Origin: Octopus vulgaris
Taxonomy: Eukaryota
Assembly: GCA_951406725.2 (NCBI GenBank)
Contig: OX597820.1
Span: 87,420,001-87,484,000 of the forward strand
DNA: 64,000 nucleotides
Direction of reading: 5' to 3'
Made by a program: the position numbers and the translations under genes. Below, piece after piece: positions 1-12,465 of this stretch (its first letter is position 1; each line of letters starts with the position of its first letter). The notes below the pieces were generated by a model. That model had not been told where the DNA came from, did no database searches, and was given only the letters and a program-made list of their open reading frames with translations.

Positions 1-296
1 TATATATATATGTATATGTATATAATTCATAAATAAGGGCAAACGAAAAAGTTTCTAATGCCAAATATGCCGAAAAATTGGACATATTGTCCATTAACCA
101 TATAATTTTTTCACAATATGCACGCTACTCGAAAAAAGGTCGACAGAAATTTTTTTTAAATTCCATTATTACCTTATCGGACCGATTTCAAGGTTAGCTC
201 ATAACAGCCCTCCCCTCGTCAGTGATACATGTGGCAAAAGAAATAAATGAGATACTTACTCATACCCATGGAAGAAGCAAACACTAAGTCATGAAA

Positions 297-1183
297 TATG
301 CAGACGACATCAAGCTGTACCTTGAAATCAAGAGGACAGACCCTGATGTCTACAACTCTTTCCTGCAATCAGACCTAGACACAATGCAGCAATGGATCAC
401 AGACTAGCAACTGAAACTGGCTGTGGACAAGTGTATCACCATGCATTTTGGGAGAAAAAACCCTGCGTCCACATACTCCCTCCACAACACTGATATCAAG
501 AAATCCTCTTGCGAGCGTGACCTAGGCATCACTGTCAGCAGTGATTTGTGTTGGACAAAGCATATCTCTAAAATTGTCAAGAAGGCCGAGGGTGTCTTGG
601 CATCACTCAGCAAGACTTTTGTTAGCCGCTCTCCAGCCATCTATTTAAAACTGTATACAGCTATGGTACGACCACACTTGGAATTCGCATCATCAATTTG
701 GAACCCCTATCTTACTCAGAACATTGACCTCCTGGAATCTGTCCAGAGACATGCAACCAAACGCATACCCTCCATCAGACACCTACCATATTCTGAGCGC
801 CTTGTTTCCCTGGGCATGGATTCACTGAAGCTCCGGCGTCTGGCGACGGACTTGGTAAACACCCACAAAGTTATCAACCACCTCACCAACAACAACACTG
901 AACACCTTTTTGATCTCCATGTGTCTAACACACGTGGACATGCCTACAAAGTCAGAAAACAACACAGCTCCCATGACTTTCGGAAACATTTTTTCACGCT
1001 CAGAGTTGCTGAAGCATGGAATAAACTGCCTGCATCAGTTGTTGACTGCCATGACACTGCATCCTTTAAGGCCCTCATGCTTTCCGAAATCCGCCGAAAC
1101 TACACCTGATTATATATACACTTTAGATGAGTTGTAGTGCACCTGAGCACTGTACACAATTATTATTATTATTATTATTATTA
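297..1183 (+). mobile_element. 5'-truncated CR1/L2-group LINE: RT C-terminus, 3' UTR and (ATT)n tail
   Basis: YADD motif (tat gca gac gac) at 297-308, then an in-frame TAG. ORF 423-1109 has CR1-type motifs (ERDLGITVSSDL, LYTAMVRPHLEFASSIWNPY, LESVQR, TRGH, FFTLRVAEAWNKLP). Ends in (att)n at ~1159-1183. Confidence 0.93.
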
Positions 1184-1304
1184 TGACCACAATTAAGTAC
1201 CCCAAATACATCCAAAATAGAAATACTCCAGCCCATTCGAGACACGTGCGATTTGAACTGAGGCCCTCACAGAGTGAGAGAGTCCAGAAGTGAACGCTTA
1301 AATT

Positions 1305-1593
1305 TATATCTAATGTAGGATAAAATTTTTTCAAAAAAAATTCTTTTCCGAAAAAAATTTTATCAATGGCCAGCATATTAAAAAATACCTTTAAAGGTTA
1401 AATTTATAAACAATTCATTTCTAATGCCAAATATGCTGAAAAATTTAACATTAACTATATAATTAACTACATAATTTTTATAAATTTTTATAAATTTAAC
1501 CTTTAAAGGTATTTTTTAATATGCTGGCCATTGATAAAATCTTTTTCAGAAAAGAATTTTTTTTCGAAAAAAATTTTATCCTACATTAAATAT
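1305..1593. repeat. AT-rich inverted repeat (foldback, MITE-like)
   Basis: ~1309-1410 (taatgtaggataaaattttttc...tggccagcatattaaaaaatacctttaaaggttaaatttat) is the reverse complement of ~1487-1590. The spacer resembles 52-110. Confidence 0.85.
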
Positions 1594-1757
1594 ATATATG
1601 TATATATGTAGTGACCAAGATACTGTATTAATTTCCATTATTTTTCCGATCAACAATTTACTGAATCCCTGTGTGTAGTGGGGAGGAGATGAGGGGATTA
1701 TGGTCAGTCCCATAACCTAAATGGTCAGCTATTTTTTTGAAAGATCATGACGCTGTT

Positions 1758-1798
1758 ATCCATCCATCCATCCATCCATCCATATCATCATCATCATC

Positions 1799-1839
<41 letters not shown>

Positions 1840-1843
1840 TATA
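1758..1843. repeat. Compound microsatellite (ATCC)n(ATC)n(AAT)n
   Basis: Read directly from the sequence. Confidence 0.95.
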
Positions 1844-1845
1844 AT

Positions 1846-2222
1846 ATGGCTATGTGGTAAGAAACTTGCTTCCCAACCACGTTTCCAGGTTCAGGGACAC
1901 CTTGGGCAAGTGCCTTTTGCTATATCTTCAGGCTGACCAAAGCCTTGTGAGTGAAAATGGTAGATGGAAACTGAAAGAAGCCCATAATATATACATATAT
2001 GTATATTAATGGTTGTGTATGTGTGTCTTTGTGTCTGTGTTTGTCCCCCCACCACTGCTTGACAACCAATATTGGTTTATGTCCCCGTAACTTAGTGGTT
2101 CATTAACAGAGAGCAATAGAATAAGTAGTAGGCTTTAAAAGCAAAAGTCCTGGGGTCAATTTGTTCAACTAAAATCCTTCAAGACAGTGCCCCAGCATGG
2201 CCACAATCTAATGACTGAAGCG
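1846..2222 (+). mobile_element. tRNA-derived SINE, family A (bipartite, internal TA/TG tract)
   Basis: Head tggctatgtggtaagaaacttgcttcccaaccac..ggttca, body accttgggcaagtg..gaaactgaaagaagccc, tail cagcatggcc..atgactgaa. Many copies in the window. Confidence 0.85.
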
Positions 2223-2610
2223 AGAAGAAGAAGAAGAAGAAGAAGACCACCACCAACAACAACAACAGCAGCAGCAGCAGCCATTTAAGAATTTGGACCT
2301 AGATATTTCCATTTCCAGCAACTTCGAGGGCCACCTCCCAGTGGTGTCGGGCATCAACGAAGAGCCCTCGACTACAACAAGACGACCAAAGTTTTTTTTT
2401 TTTTTCCCAAGGTCTGGGGTCTCCTGCCCCTAAGCCCTAGACCATCACCTAATCACCCTTACCCGTCTTGTTGCTAAACAACAACAACAACAACAACAGC
2501 AACAGCAACATCTTTGTGCTAAGATGACCCGTACTATGGCCACTGTGCAAAGAAGCAGACAAGTAACAATAACAACAACAACAACAAAACAACCACCTCC
2601 TCCTCCTCGG
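2223..2610. repeat. Trinucleotide microsatellite cluster (GAA, CAC, CAA, CAG, CCT)
   Basis: Runs at 2223-2281, 2477-2510 and 2566-2608. Confidence 0.9.
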
Positions 2611-2829
2611 TGAAATATAGAGCACAATGGTAGATAACGTTTACATATTTAAACCAATTGTTTCTTGAGGAAGTTATTTAAATCTGATTTCCTAAGGCTG
2701 CCTGGTTAACACAGAACATATAGCAATTCATACTTTATGGTTGTTAGTAGTAATGAGGACATCTAACTGTGAGAGCGTTTGCATCAGCTATGTTATCTCA
2801 TGCCATCACAAACAAAAAAAAAATGATGT

Positions 2830-3615
2830 GGAAGATGTTAGCACACAGAGCACAATGTTTAGAAGCATTTCCTCCATCTTCACATTCTGAGTTCAAATTA
2901 CGCCAAGGTCGACTTTACCTTCCATCCTAAAATAAGTATTCTTTTCTACTCTAGGCACAAGGCCTGAAATTTTGGGGGAGGGAGCCAGTCAATTAGATCA
3001 ACCCCTCTACACTACTGGTACTTAAATTATCGACCCCGAAAAGATGAAAAGCAAAGTCGACCTCGGCGGAATTTGAACTCAGAACATAGAGACAGGTAGG
3101 ATACTTATTTCTTTACTACCCACAAGAGGCTAAATACAGAGAGGACAAATGGATTAAGCTGATTATGTCGACCCCAGTGCGTAACTGGTACTTATTTAAT
3201 CGACCCCGAAAGGATGAAAGGCAAAGTCGATCTCGGCGGAATTTGAACTCAGAACGTAGCAGCAGACGAAATACCGCTAAGCATTTCGTCCAGCGTGCAA
3301 ACGTTTCTGCCAGCTTACTGCCTTTCCTAAAATAAGGATTAGTTGAGCACTGGGGCCAATATAATCAGCTTAACCCCGCCTTCAACTTGCTGGCCTTGAT
3401 CAAAATTTGAAAACACTAATTCATATTACTATAGGCACAAGATACAAAATTTCCGGGGAGGGGCTAGTCAATTATATCGACCCCAGTATGCAACTGGTAC
3501 TTACTTCCACTCCAAAAGGATGAAAGGCAAAGTTGACCATGGCAGGATTTCAACACAGAACATAGAAGGTTGAAATATCACTAAGTATTTTATCTGGTGT
3601 GCTAATAATTTTGCT
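2830..3615. mobile_element. Cluster of nested SINE family B copies on both strands
   Basis: Repeated actggtacttatttaatcgaccccgaaaggatgaaaggcaaagtcgacctcggcggaatttgaactcagaac (minus) at ~3012, ~3183 and ~3492. Plus-strand copy at ~2835-2935. Confidence 0.85.
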
Positions 3616-3761
3616 ATAATAATAATAATTATTATTATTTCTAAATCTCTCAACAAGAGACATTTAGACTTAATAATATTTCATTTTGAAATAATAATGT
3701 TTCTATTTATTAGATCAGTGCCTGTGTGTCACTTTGAAAATAATAATAATAATAATGATGA

Positions 3762-4112
3762 GAGCACTCAGAGAGCGCAAACCTCCATCAAGGCAACACC
3801 AACATACTCGCAACAATTAGCCAGAAATGATTTTTATAATGAGAATATCTGAAATAAACTCGACTGCTCTCACAAATGAGAATACTGAGAATGAACCTGA
3901 CCACACTCAAAAATTAAGTAAAAAAAAAAAAAAACAGGAAAAGTATTCCAGAATCCTTGCCCAGGACTGGATTGATCCCAAAATCTAATCAGTTCGTGCC
4001 AGTCATGAGACTGGCCAAACATTCCTGAAAGTTTCAATCGAATCTATCGAGTGGTTCTTGAGATATCTCATCCACAAAACAATACCCCTGCCTTCGCTAA
4101 GGCAGAGTTGAT
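3762..4112 (+). mobile_element. Non-autonomous element with terminal hairpin, Helentron/HINE-like
   Basis: Starts gagcactcagagagcgcaaacctcc and ends in hairpin ctgcctt-cgct-aaggcag. Class assignment is from recalled architecture. Confidence 0.5.
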
Positions 4113-4262
4113 AATAATCTTCTCTGTGTATGAGAACTTGTCTATGCTGATGGCCTAGTTCTCATATCTGAAAGTATCAAAGAATGAGAGAAGAAATTTC
4201 TAAAATTGAAAGCACAGACTAAAATCAAGAGGTCTTAATATAAATGTAGCAAAGACAAATTT

Positions 4263-4460
4263 TAGGTGGCAGTAGCAGTAACAGTGGTGGTGGTTGTGGT
4301 GGTGGTGGTGGTGGTGGTGCTGCTGCTATTACTGGTGGTAGTAGTAGTACTCATCACTATTATCTTCAACAAAACAGACCCCACATACAGTATTATAATG
4401 TTCTCTGTACTTCTAAAGAATTGAGTGATGATGATCATCATCAACATCATCATCAGTATT
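4263..4460. repeat. Compound trinucleotide low-complexity tract (GTG/CTG/GTA/ATC)
   Basis: Read directly from the sequence. Confidence 0.85.
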
Positions 4461-4569
4461 ATCTTCTTCTATATAAGTTAATTCCTCTTCTTTGGGTGTC
4501 TGATGTGAAACCGGGCTGTCTGACTTGAAACCTAGCTGCTGATGGACAAAATGCTTTGCAGTAAATGCT

Positions 4570-5826
4570 CAGGTGCAAATGTTCAGGTGCTATAAACGCT
4601 GAAAATGTGCAGAGAACAGCTTCTGTCACATTCCAGGGAGAAAATCTACAAATAGATGATAGCTTACATTACCTAGGGGACCAAGTCGGTAGCAGGGGTG
4701 GATGCTCTGAAAGTGTAGCTGCTAGAATAAGAATAGCCTGGGCAAAGTTCAGGGAGCTCCTACTTCTGCTGGTGACAAAGGGCTTCTCACTCAGAGTAAA
4801 AGGTAGACTGTATGACGCATGTGTATGAACAGCCATGCTACATGGCAGTGAAACATGGGCCATGACTGCTGAAGACATGCATAAGCTTGTAAGCAATGAA
4901 GCGAGTATGCTTCATTGGATGTGTAATATCAGTGTGCATACATGACAGAGTGTAAGTGCCCTGAGAGAAAAGTTGGATTTAAGAAGCGTCAGATGTGGTG
5001 TGCAAGAGAGATGACTGTGCTGGTATGGTCATGTGTTGCATATGAATGAGGACAGCTATGTGAAAAAGTGTCACACCCTAGCATTTGAGGGAACCTGGGA
5101 TGAGGTGGTGAAGCATGATCTTCAAACATTGGGCCTTACTGAGGCAATGACTACTGATCGAGACCTTTGGAGATATGTTGTGCTTGAGAAGACCCAACAA
5201 GCCAAGTGAGACCCATGGCTTATGCCAGTGGTGCATAACCAGCCCACTTATGTATATCTCTCATTCATTGGACAATAAACTTTGCTTGCAAAGACCTATT
5301 GAAGCAAGTGAAATCAAAATCAAAATCGCTGATGTGGTTGATGACGGTACCACCTGACTGGCACTCATACTAGTGGAACATTAAAAGCACATCCGAGCGT
5401 GATCATTGCCAGCCCCATGGATTGGCTCCCATGCCAGTGGCATGCAAAAAGCACCATTTGAGCGTGATCGTTGCCAGCATTGCTTTACTGACACATGTGC
5501 CGGTGGCACGTGAAAAGCAACATTTGAGCGTGGTCATTGCCAGTGCTGCCAGACTGGCTCCTGTGCATGTAGCAAGTAAAAGACACCTTTTGAGCATGGT
5601 CATTGCTAGAACCACCTGACTGGCCCTTGTGCCGGTGACACGTAAAAGCACCCACTACACTCTCAGAGTGGTTGGCATTAGGAAGGGTATCCAGCAGTAG
5701 AAACTTTGCCAGATCAGATTGAGCCTGGTGCAGCCTTCTGGCTCACCAGTCCTCAGTCAAACCGTCCAGCCCATGTCAGCATGGAAAGAGGACATTAAAT
5801 GGCGATGATGATGATGATGATGATGA
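4570..5826 (+). mobile_element. 5'-truncated RTE-clade LINE with minisatellite 3' UTR and (GAT)n tail
   Basis: Translation YLGDQV..GGCSESVAARIRIAWAKFRELL..LRVKGRLYDACV*TAMLHGSETW..WYGHV is the RTE RT C-terminus with stops. ~57-bp repeats at 5350-5652. Tail gatgatgat at 5804-5826. Confidence 0.9.
5350..5652 (+). repeat. ~57-bp minisatellite, about 5 units, in the RTE 3' UTR
   Basis: Recurrent tgccrgtggcacgtaaaaagcaccatttgagcgtgrtcrttgccag. Confidence 0.85.
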
Positions 5827-5982
5827 CATGAAATGGACCAATGAGGTTTTAGCAAAATAAATCAGTAACTAAAACTATTTATATAACAAAAGATTGGATT
5901 GGTAGACCCATGAGAGTGTCAGACAAAATATTTTGCAGTATTTCTTCTCAGCCTGTAACAGTTTGGATTAAAATTATACAAA

Positions 5983-6356
5983 CAATAACTCTGAGCACCT
6001 TTTCAAACTCCATCCGTCTAATACCCGTGGACATATTTACAAAGTCAGAAAACAGTACAACTCCCATGACTTTAGGAAACATTTTTTCACACTGAGAGTT
6101 GCTGAAGCATGGAACAAACTGCTGACATCAGTTGTTAGTTGTCGGAGCACTGCATCCTTCAAAAACTTCCATGCTTTCTGAGATTCACCAACACTACACC
6201 TGATTTTCTCCCCTCCATACACACACAAGCATGTATCTGACTCATACATTGTTCGCTTTCCAGACATTTGTACATTACTGCATATACTTTATACACACTT
6301 TCTGACAAGTTGTGGTGTACCTGAGCACTGTATACAATAATTTCATTATTATTATT
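5983..6356 (+). mobile_element. CR1-group LINE 3' fragment, same family as 297-1183
   Basis: Aligns to 890-1180 (cgtggacat..acaaagtcagaaaaca..gagttgctgaagcatggaa..cctgagcactgta) and has an att tail. Confidence 0.9.
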
Positions 6357-6424
6357 TTATACCAAAGTCAATTTTGACTTGCAACCATCTAAGGACTGTG
6401 GCTCAATTCCAAATGATTTTCTAA

Positions 6425-6857
6425 CCCTTTAGCATTTAAAACTAGTCATACTGTCCCAAATATTCAACCTGATTAACCCTTTAGTATTCTGTCAAAAGTA
6501 ATGCTTATTTATTCCAATTGTTTTGAAATAATCATGCATATTATATGGCTTTGAGATTTTGATAAGGTAACTGTTAATTTTTTAGAATGAGATTGAAGGG
6601 TTGGTGTGGAAAACGCGATCTAGCCAGTCTGAACATAAAACAGGTAGAATATTTTGACCAGGTATAGCAGGTTTAAATGCTAAAGGGTTAATGCTGAAAT
6701 TGACCAGATCCGACCTCACACACCTATAATGTTATTCTAAAAATAAACAATGATAATCATCAAAATCTTGAAGCTACAAGATAATATTGAGTAATGAAAA
6801 ATAATGTGGATAAATAAGCATTACATTTGACTAAGTAATCTGAAAATTAAAAGGTTT
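6425..6857. mobile_element. piggyBac-type MITE containing an inverted copy of its own family (6477-6687)
   Basis: Inner ccctttag...ctaaaggg is flanked by TTAA at 6473-6476 and 6688-6691. Its reverse complement aligns along the outer element. Confidence 0.8.
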
Positions 6858-7571
6858 AGGATGTAAGCCTCAACATCCATATTATTCCTCTGAGAAACTG
6901 TCACCACAAGGTATTATCTTTGAGATGCATAGTGATTGAACAATGCCACATAAAATCCTGCAATTAACAAGATATATAGCACATCTTTCACCATGCCCAA
7001 CATATTTGACAGAAGCGTCTAACTTAATGACAGATGCTCTCCATATTCTCTTAATTGCAGGATTTTATGGCACAGTGTTTAATATTTAATCAACAGTTTT
7101 AATATTTTACTGATCAGCTACGGCTTATTGTTGCTATCTTATTGTCAAGAGTTTATTTTACCTACTTAAATAACACTCAATGTTTAGCTGTATTACTCTA
7201 ATAAATTATCTAGTTTTGACAACCTGAGAGTGTTAAGTGTTTGGTTTATAACCAGGTAACATGGAATGAAGAAGATATTTTTGCTGATATCATTGGTAAT
7301 TAGAATGGTATGTGTTAGAGGTTAATGTTGTTGACACATATATTCTATGTGTATGGTTCATAAGTTCAATTGGTGGTTAAATGTTATGCTCTAAATCTAT
7401 GCTGTGAGCTGAGTGAGGGAATACATGGATTGATGATATCAAACATGAATGCGTCTTGAATTTTTTACAAAACCTATCATGTTGGATCTGCTATCGATGA
7501 GAAACCAGACTACTTACTCATTAAATTAGCATGTAAATGGTTCATTATTCCACAGATAAATGTACTTTTAA

Positions 7572-7781
7572 CCCTTTCGTTACCAACCCGGCTGAAACCA
7601 GCTCTGGCTTTTTAGTATAAATGTCTTGTTTTCATAAGTTTTGAATTCAAATCTTCCACCAAATCTTATGTTCCTAACACTAGCTTAATGATAACGATGT
7701 TATTTTACTAAATTCTTTGTTATATTCAAAATAATTGGAAGAAATACAGAGCATCTCAAAATAAATACAGTAATGAAAGGG
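7572..7781. mobile_element. piggyBac-type MITE
   Basis: TIRs ccctttcgtta / taatgaaaggg, flanked by TTAA and TTAG. Empty site in paralogous flanks at ~25110 and ~39650. Confidence 0.88.
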
Positions 7782-8312
7782 TTAGTGTTAATTCTGAGGC
7801 TGAATCAGATTAAAACAATATAAAGCAGGTTCTTTGGATTACAAGTGCAATCCATGTGACAGGATTCCACATCAAGTGAATTTTAATCACAGGGCTTAAG
7901 TCAACTCAAGGCTGTGGTGTAAGACATTTCTCCAAGATGCTACACAGTAAGCATCCGCAAAACAGGAATAATCACAGAACCTCTTTAACATTCTACAGTA
8001 TGAGGATCAAGGGTTAGGTGTGATCTGAATGGCTAGTGTACCAGAGAGGATTGAGACATTGTAATTGAGAAGTGAGTTCAGATGGATAATGGTACACATA
8101 TACTTACTAATTCTGAAAAGAAAGCAGCATTAAAGTGCTACTTTGAAGGTTATTAAATATAAAGAGAGTCTTCGCAGTATAGTCCTAACAGAGGGACTAG
8201 CCATTCTAGTAGACAGTCATGTGATAAATGATTAAATGCCTCATAGTTCTAGCAGCCCAATTCTAATTTATGAATGCTGTTGCTTAATGTCAATATTTAA
8301 ATACTAGACGAC

Positions 8313-8620
8313 CCATCATCATCATCGTTTAACGTCCGTTTTCCATGCTAGCATGGGTTGGACGGTTCGACTGGAATCTGGGAAGCCAGAAGGCTGCACC
8401 AAGCTCCAGTCTGATCTGGCAGTGTTTCTACAGCTGGATGCCCTTCCTAACGCCAACCACTCCGTGAGTGTAGTGAGTGCTTTTTACATGCCACCAGCAC
8501 GGGTGCCAGGGGAGGCTGGCAACAGCCACGATCAGTTGGTGCTATTTACGTGCCACTGGCACAGAAGCCAGTCAAGGCGCCACTGGCATCAGCCACGTTC
8601 GGATGGTGCTTTTTACGTAC
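8313..8620 (-). mobile_element. RTE 3'-end insertion with (GAT)n tail
   Basis: Reverse complement of 5600-5826. Nearly identical to 12922-13203. Absent from the paralogous flanks (~25625, ~40160). Confidence 0.88.
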
Positions 8621-9531
8621 CATATAATGCTGCTAAGGTGACCTTGGTGATCTTGCTACCATATATTTCAGTTATCAGTTGCTCATGGAGTCACAGTGCT
8701 CACTGACAAATGGTATATTATGCAAAGGCTGCCCTGAATTATATACATATAATCACAGATCATTTTCAGGACTTCATTTACCCTATTACTGAATCATGTA
8801 CAAACAATAGTGAAGCATTCTGGTGTAAGATAAAGACATTGGTTTCAAATTTTGGCACAAGGCCAGTAATTTCAGGAGAGAGATTAAATCGATTACATCA
8901 ATCCCATTGTTCAACTGCTACTCATTTTACTGACCCTGAAACGATGAAAGGCATGGTCAACCTCACTGTTCAACTAGTACTTATTTTATTGACCCCATTA
9001 GGATGAAAGGCAAAGTTGACCTGAGCATGCTGGGCAAAATGCATTTTGTCTGTTTATTTTGATCTGAGTTCAAATTCTGGTAACAATTCTGCCAGCTCAC
9101 CACTTTCAGGTATAGGATAAAGGTATTAAAAATCTGGGTGTAATGAAGTGGTCTCACTGAAATAAATGTCTTTACAGATATTGGTTTCATTTTTACACTA
9201 AAACACCATGACAAAGAAATAATGTATTCCTAAACATTGGGAATTACCCTATACAGAAAAATATTCATAAATATTAATGAATAGAAAGCTTTAGAAAATG
9301 TAAAGATTGTTACTTTATGTATTTTCAAATATTTTTCTTTATTTCCAAATTATAAGAAAATTCACTTTTATCTGTTGATTATTAAGGTCTACCATTCTAT
9401 CAAATATTAGTTCAATGTTTTTATTATGGAATTTGGAAGAAGATGAATAATGCAAGGCTATGATACAAACTTGTTTAATAAAATATATTCTAAATAAATG
9501 GAAGATGGTGCAAGTGGATTCTTTGGCTAGT

Positions 9532-10197
9532 TTACTTTGTCTTCACATAACGTTTGTGGCGTGGAATTAATTTCTTCATATCAGGAATAGTAGGTGTTAC
9601 ACTCTCCCTTTCAGAACAAGCAGTGAGCCATTTCTGGAACCGAGGATACCAATCAATATCAGATGGTATTTCAAAATTTTTAAAATGTTTCAAAACTTCC
9701 AGCCTTTGCATCCATGGAAACACCATTATATCAGCAAATGAAAATGAGTCCCCCATGAAGAAATTTCCAGTTGGAGACATGGCTTTCACAAAACTTCCAA
9801 TATTTTCAACAAAAGATTTCTGCGTTTCACCAAGATTTTCAGGATCTGATCTCAGAATAGAATAAAACAGTGGAATTATTTTACTTGTAGCATAATCACC
9901 CCAGATACGAACCTGAGCCTTATCATAAGGTTGTTCCATCATAATTTTGGGGTTTTGTGGCCAAGCTTCATCAATATATTCTACACATACAGCAGATTCA
10001 TAAATAATTTTATCATCATGTACCAGCACTGGTACTAAGCCTCTTGGATTCAGTTTTAAAAACTCTTCAGTCTTGTTAGAAAGATCAGTTTCTTCATATT
10101 TAAAAGGAATTCCTTTCTCCAAGAGAGCAATCCAGAGTCGTTGAGCAAATGGACAGTACCAGGCACTTAAAAAGCGAAGTTTAGTACTTTCAGACAT
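9532..10197 (-). CDS. GSTO: Glutathione S-transferase, omega-like Cys-GST, copy 1 (221 aa, intronless CDS)
   Basis: Active-site WYCPFAQR (Cys15), NPRGLVPVL cis-Pro motif, IYESAV G-site motif, FFMGDSFSFADI N-cap motif, PWxQR. Splice acceptor ttttcttttag 15 nt before ATG. AATAAA on the minus strand at 9420-9425 and 9338-9343. Confidence 0.95.
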   Translation of the reverse strand: MSESTKLRFLSAWYCPFAQRLWIALLEKGIPFKYEETDLSNKTEEFLKLNPRGLVPVLVHDDKIIYESAVCVEYIDEAWPQNPKIMMEQPYDKAQVRIWGDYATSKIIPLFYSILRSDPENLGETQKSFVENIGSFVKAMSPTGNFFMGDSFSFADIMVFPWMQRLEVLKHFKNFEIPSDIDWYPRFQKWLTACSERESVTPTIPDMKKLIPRHKRYVKTK

Positions 10198-10390
10198 ATT
10201 GGGAAAAGGAACCTAAAAGAAAAAGAAGCAAAAATAGCTTAAATATATATCCATAAACTATTAATCAATAATTCTGAGTAAAAACAAATATATTTTACAT
10301 TTATAAATTACATTTGTATCTTTGTATTATGTCTGTTTTTCTATGCTAGCATGAGTTAGACATGCATATTATTGAAGAAAAATTTTTAGT

Positions 10391-10976
10391 TAAGTTAATT
10401 TTGGCTCAAAAAGCAAAAAGCAAGGCCATGTAGGGGGACATGGAGTTATGTACAGGGTGCTGTTCATGTAAAAAGTTCAGGCCATTTGTGGTCAAGGGAG
10501 ACTTTGAACCGAGCGGTTGTCGGCATCTTCACTATTTCGTCCGGCAGCTTATTCCACGGAACCGCAACCCGGACGGAGAAAGCCCCTCTCCTTCGATTGA
10601 GATGAAATCGTCACAGATAGAGCTTTTCGGAGTGACCCTGCAGCCGACGCTCTGGAGCAGGAGTGAAGAACAGCTCTTTCGAGAGGTTACACTTTCCGCT
10701 TATGATGTTGTGAGCAAGAATGAGATCACCACGGTGTCGTTGTTTTTCTAGAGAATAAAGGTCGAGCGTCTTCAGCCTTTCTTCATAAGACAAATGCTTG
10801 AGACCAAGAACCATGCGGGTAGCCAACTTCTGGACTCTTTCAAGATGATGTATGTCTTTGAGGAGATAAGGAGAAGAGGCTTGAATCCCGTACTCCAACA
10901 TGGGTCTCACCAGCGTGACATAGAGCGGTAGGAATATGGCTGCTGTGAGCATTCCGAATGACCATCGAATCAGAAA
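10391..10976 (-). mobile_element. CR1-group LINE 3' fragment in the GST 5'-UTR intron
   Basis: ORF 10611-10952 (LYVTLVRPMLEYG..LERVQKLATRMV..SYEERLKTL..RGDLI). Empty site ttagt|cagatgccc at ~42055. Confidence 0.93.
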
Positions 10977-12242
10977 CAGATGCCCTTTTTATCATTAAGT
11001 CTTACCTGCTTTTCTAGTAAGGGAATTTTCATTCCATTCTTTTTAAAAAGTGCAGGACTACCAGATGACTTGTTGATGGGGAAATGCCAACAAATTTCAT
11101 GGTTTGAAGCTCAGTGATATTCTGGAGATGTGCAATATGTAAACATTTACACATACACACACAAAAGCATACATATATACATATATAAAGGATTTTGTAC
11201 ATTTTCCATTTACCAAATTCACTTACATGACCCAGAGCTATAGTTGAAGACACTTGCCCAAGGAGGGGTGCAATGGGACTAAACAAAAAAAATATTGTGT
11301 GAATAAAAGGGTCATAAGCTGGCAGAATCCACTGATATAAGACCAAAGATATAAACATGTGCAAATAACTTCTAAATTTCACCATTAATTTATACACACA
11401 GAGAACAGGAAAAGTGAAAAATTTATTCTTATTCTTAAGAGATAGACCACAGGGAGGGGTATGACCTGTATCTGTTTGCTCAGCTTGCAAGAACTCCCAC
11501 AAATCATACTCTTTACTTTTGAAAAACAAAACAGACACAGAGGACAACATAACCTTAAGATGGTATGGTCATGGCAGGAATGGCATAAATTATAGATTTG
11601 TTTGCTTGCACAACACTAAAGTGGGGTTAAACAATAATGTGGAGGAGTTTCTTTGTGGTTGTTCACGCTATAAGAAATAGCAGCCAATTTCTCTCAAATC
11701 ACAACTAATATTTTACAAAGGAGATTAATATACTGAATAACGTAGACACATTAAGTTTGGACAAAAAGTAAATAAAATGGTCACAGCTGGAATATTGATG
11801 ATTGTGGGCCTCCTCACTTAGAGATGACTTTTGACTTAACAACTACATCAATAAATTGATAATAAACCAACAACGGCGCTTTTATAGTCGTAGTATACTA
11901 GGAGGATAACCTGCCTATGTCACTACGTTGACCTAATTAAAGTTTTGCTCTTTCAGTAACATGCACTGATGAATGAAAGGAGAAAGGGAATATGAAACAA
12001 AATATGTAAAAAATGAAAATAATAGCAAAGGGATGAAGGGGAAGAGTGAGAGGTGACAGCTTGTGATTATACTATTTAGCTCTCTTCTTTGTCCCCGCTT
12101 TTATTAACACAAATACAAAACACAAACATACATGTCCTCCCCCACTCTTCTCTTTCAACTCAGCTGAATATGCAGGAATTAAGCCTTAAGCCTATAGCTG
12201 TTACCAATTCAACAAAACTGTTTTAGCTTTAGTAAAACAATG

Positions 12243-12465
12243 CCGCGGCGAGTTGGCAGAAACGTTAGCACGCCGGGCGAAATGCGTAACCGCATTTCGT
12301 CTGCCGTTACGTTGTGAGTTCACATTCCGCCGAGGTTGACTTTGCCTTTCATCCTTTCGGGGTCGATAAATTAAGTACCAGTTACGCACTGGAGTCTGTG
12401 TAATTGACTTAATCCCTTTGTCTGTCCCCTCTATGTTTAGCCCCTTGTGGACAATAAAGAAATAT
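12243..12465 (+). mobile_element. SINE family B
   Basis: gcggcgagttggcagaaacgttagcacgccgggcgaaatg..gagttcacattcc..gcctttcatcctttcggggtcgataaattaagtaccag. Confidence 0.88.

Noticed and set aside
423-1109. 228-aa ORF as a host gene
   Set aside because: It is the C-terminus of a CR1-type RT, with an upstream in-frame stop and a LINE tail.
2223-2627. Poly-Gln or poly-Cys coding exon
   Set aside because: Mixed microsatellites with no consistent frame or splice context.
5350-5652. CRISPR-like array
   Set aside because: Whole units are homologous with no unique spacers. It is a minisatellite in an RTE 3' UTR, in eukaryotic DNA with no cas genes.
9554-9865. Antisense ORFs over the GSTs (also 56094-56424)
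   Set aside because: Shadow frames, not conserved across the four copies.
11029-11550. 173-aa ORF, identical at 27979-28500
   Set aside because: No recognisable domain. It overlaps a degenerate SINE and a CA/TA tract, starts at a non-ATG codon, and is broken in unit 3. Identity reflects recent duplication.
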